A DNA stretch of 64,000 nt, taken from the NCBI GenBank assembly GCA_027492675.1, contig JAPUEI010000039.1, positions 8,370 to 72,369 on the forward strand, given 5' to 3'. Numbering within the stretch: position 1 is the stretch's first letter; the number at the start of each line of letters is the position of its first letter. This document shows positions 62,474 through 64,000 of this stretch, in pieces. The notes beneath the pieces were generated by a model. That model made no database searches. It was not told the DNA's origin and was given only the letters and a program-made list of their open reading frames with translations. This DNA is from Propionibacteriaceae bacterium. GTDB taxonomy: Bacteria > Actinomycetota > Actinomycetes > Propionibacteriales > Propionibacteriaceae. Both the position numbers and the translations under genes were made by a program.

Positions 62474-62555
62474 GCTCGCGAGCGTACTGATGCCGCGGGG
62501 ACGCGCCACCGAGATTCCACCGAAGGCCAACCACGGCGTACGGCAGCCACTCACT

Positions 62556-62711
62556 GGACAGGCAATTGGTGCGCGTGGGGCACTTCAGACGGCGTGTCGG
62601 GTCATTCCGGCCCCCATTGCCTGTCGGCGGGGAGATGGTGGACAGGCAATGGGGAACCGGTTGAACGGTTCAGTCGGCGTGGCGTGTCACGCCTGCACCA
62701 ATTGCCTGTCC
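62556..62711. repeat. Two tandem units of about 70 nt, each bounded by the inverted termini GGACAGGCAAT..ATTGCCTGTC(C); the outermost 17 bp form a perfect inverted repeat
   Basis: GGACAGGCAATTGGTGC (62556-62572) versus GCACCAATTGCCTGTCC (62695-62711). Inner copies are CCATTGCCTGTC (62614-62625) and GGACAGGCAATGG (62640-62652). Both units share an internal TTCAGnCGGCGTG. Confidence 0.8.
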
Positions 62712-62832
62712 GTGGGCTTCTGCCTGTTCCTGGGGGTCCTCGTGGCTGTCCCTTCGGCCCGGGAGATCCGTCGTTGGCGGGGCGGTCCCGCGTGCCTGGT
62801 CGCGACGTGGCGAGTACCTCCGACAGCCGTTG

Positions 62833-62846
62833 GTTGAACCTTCAAC
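62833..62846. promoter_or_regulatory. AT-rich palindrome GTTGAA-CC-TTCAAC 20 nt upstream of the dioxygenase start (operator candidate)
   Basis: Read directly. The related GGTTGAAC also occurs at 62659-62666 inside the second 70-nt unit. Confidence 0.35.
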
Positions 62847-62866
62847 AATGGAGTACTCTCACACTC

Positions 62867-63637
62867 ATGAGCACGACACCTGTTCTGTACCTGTCCCACG
62901 GTGCGCCGCCCCTGGCGGACGACGAGACCTGGACGAATGAGCTGCACGGCTGGGGGAAGGACCTGCCCACGCCGAAGGACATCCTCGTCGTCTCGGCCCA
63001 TTGGGAGTCGGTTCCCGCCACGATCTCGTCGACGACCGCGCACACGCCGCTGGTGTACGACTTCTGGGGCTTCGAGGACCGCTACTACCAGGTGCAGTAC
63101 GACGCGCCGCCGGCCACGGAGCTGGCGCAGAAGGTGGCGCGCGCGGTCGGCGGCTCCGTCCGCCAGGACCCGACCCGCGGCCTCGACCACGGCGCGTACG
63201 TGCCGCTCAAGGAGCTGTACCCCGAGGCCGACGTGCCCGTCCTCCAGCTGAGCCTGCCGACGCTCGACCCCCGGAAGCTGTACGCGCTGGGCGAGCGGCT
63301 GTCCGAGCTTCGCGACGAGGGCACGCTGATCGTCACCAGCGGCTTCACCACCCACAACCTGCGCTGGTTCCACCCGCAGGAGGGGCCCGACGGCACGCCG
63401 CCCGCGGCGTCGAGCGAGTTCGACCACTGGGCCGCCGAAGCGCTGGCGGCCAAGGACATCGAGGCCATCCTCGACTTCGAGCGCACGGCACCGGCGGCGC
63501 ACGAGGCGCATCCTCGTACGGAGCACTGGGCTCCCTTGTACGTCGCCCTGGGTGCCGCCGCCGGCACCAACCACGACAGCACGAGCGTCATCGACGGGTT
63601 CTGGTACGGGCTGTCCAAGCGCTCCTGGCAGTTCTGA
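62867..63637 (+). CDS. Extradiol ring-cleavage dioxygenase, LigB family (4,5-DOPA dioxygenase/YgiD-like)
   Basis: PVLYLSHGAPP, VVSAHWE, LVYDFWGF, GLDHGAYVPL, SGFTTHNL, EHWAPLYVALGA. Only the last 256 codons of the 620-aa ORF-track entry are credited. Confidence 0.88.
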   Translation: MSTTPVLYLSHGAPPLADDETWTNELHGWGKDLPTPKDILVVSAHWESVPATISSTTAHTPLVYDFWGFEDRYYQVQYDAPPATELAQKVARAVGGSVRQDPTRGLDHGAYVPLKELYPEADVPVLQLSLPTLDPRKLYALGERLSELRDEGTLIVTSGFTTHNLRWFHPQEGPDGTPPAASSEFDHWAAEALAAKDIEAILDFERTAPAAHEAHPRTEHWAPLYVALGAAAGTNHDSTSVIDGFWYGLSKRSWQF

Positions 63638-63677
63638 CCTGGGGTTTACCGGCTCTGGGGTGGACCGATTGGTGGGG

Positions 63678-63800
63678 CCTTCGAGACGTTCGCCCGGCTG
63701 GCGCCGTGCGAATTCCTCAGGCAACCGGGTGGGTTGGCGTGGTGTGAACTCTTCAGGCATCTGGGGCCGCGCGGACTCTTCAGGCACCCGGGTGGGCGGC
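63678..63800. repeat. Second copy of the CCTTCGAGACGTT-led repeat family, followed by three degenerate units YTCYTCAGGCAnCnGGGTGGG
   Basis: The 13-mer CCTTCGAGACGTT at 63678-63690 is identical to 30798-30810. The units starting at 63710, 63746 and 63774 resemble CTCCTCAGGGACCCGGGTGGGG at 30832-30852. Confidence 0.7.
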
Positions 63801-63883
63801 CGGGCTGGGGCTGTGCGCGCTCCTCGGGCAAGCGGACGAGACGGCTCATGACATCGACGGATGCCTGGGCTAGAGTGACGCCC

Positions 63884-63931
63884 ATGTCGTGGGCAACCCT
63901 CCTTCTTGGCTGCCGCAGCGAGGCCCAGTAA
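63884..63931 (+). CDS. Candidate 15-codon leader peptide MSWATLLLGCRSEAQ* with three consecutive Leu codons (CTC CTT CTT)
   Basis: Hand translation. A TAGAGT -10-like hexamer lies at 63871-63876. The stop lies just past the first arm of an alternative-hairpin set. Confidence 0.45.
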   Translation: MSWATLLLGCRSEAQ

Positions 63932-63990
63932 AGCCGGCCTCCTCGCTGCGGAGTCGCTGCGCGTCGGCACCCACCCAGACCAGCGAGGAA
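63913..63990 (+). promoter_or_regulatory. Alternative-pairing leader structure: CCGCAGCGAGG (63913-63923) / CCTCGCTGCGG (63941-63951) / CAGCGAGG (63981-63988, overlapping the SD of the gene starting at ATG 63998)
   Basis: Segment 2 is the perfect complement of segment 1 (11 bp). It is also complementary over 8 nt to segment 3, which contains the GAGGA SD 9 nt before the ATG at the window edge. Confidence 0.5.
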
Positions 63991-64000
63991 CACGTTCATG

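Noticed and set aside
61775-62866. N-terminal part of the 620-aa ORF that ends as the LigB dioxygenase
   Set aside because: It runs antisense through the GNAT gene and across the repeat-filled intergenic region. The dioxygenase homology begins at MSTTPVLYLSHGAPP (ATG at 62867), which is preceded by a GGAG RBS.

Overview
Visibly GC-rich (GC not computed) chromosomal segment whose gene content and order are typical of Actinomycetota. It carries a conserved housekeeping backbone: proB ... proA-nadD-rsfS-tRNA-Ala ... leuS-comEA-comEC-holA, rpsT, lepA, hemW, hrcA-dnaJ-rsmE ... phoH-ybeY-corC-era. Three accessory blocks interrupt this backbone. (1) About 11 kb between proB and proA holds PPK2, a MacB-type ABC exporter flanked by two membrane-fusion proteins, a protealysin-like M4 protease fused to an emfourin-like inhibitor domain, a GH2 beta-galactosidase and a DUF5684 protein. 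(2) About 1.9 kb is a hipB-hipA cassette at the 3' end of comEC. It is bracketed by a duplicated comEC fragment, and hipA carries an in-frame TGA. (3) About 10.7 kb between rsmE and phoH holds tgt and yhhQ (queuosine salvage) on either side of an ABC-dependent glycan cluster, plus DUF5709 and pip. No rRNA, CRISPR array, transposase or integrase was seen. The most unusual items are the protease-inhibitor fusion, the Thr-rich Cys-bracketed insertion in one membrane-fusion protein, the nonsense-interrupted hipA with flanking direct repeats, several intergenic tandem or inverted repeat arrays (some sharing motifs between loci), DnaA-box-like 9-mers far from any visible origin, and a leucine-codon leader peptide with alternative SD-sequestering hairpins at the right edge. 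I did not find a clear-cut multi-gene system of entirely unknown type. All homology calls come from motif recognition by eye, not from database searches. The long antisense ORFs in the track are treated as GC artefacts.
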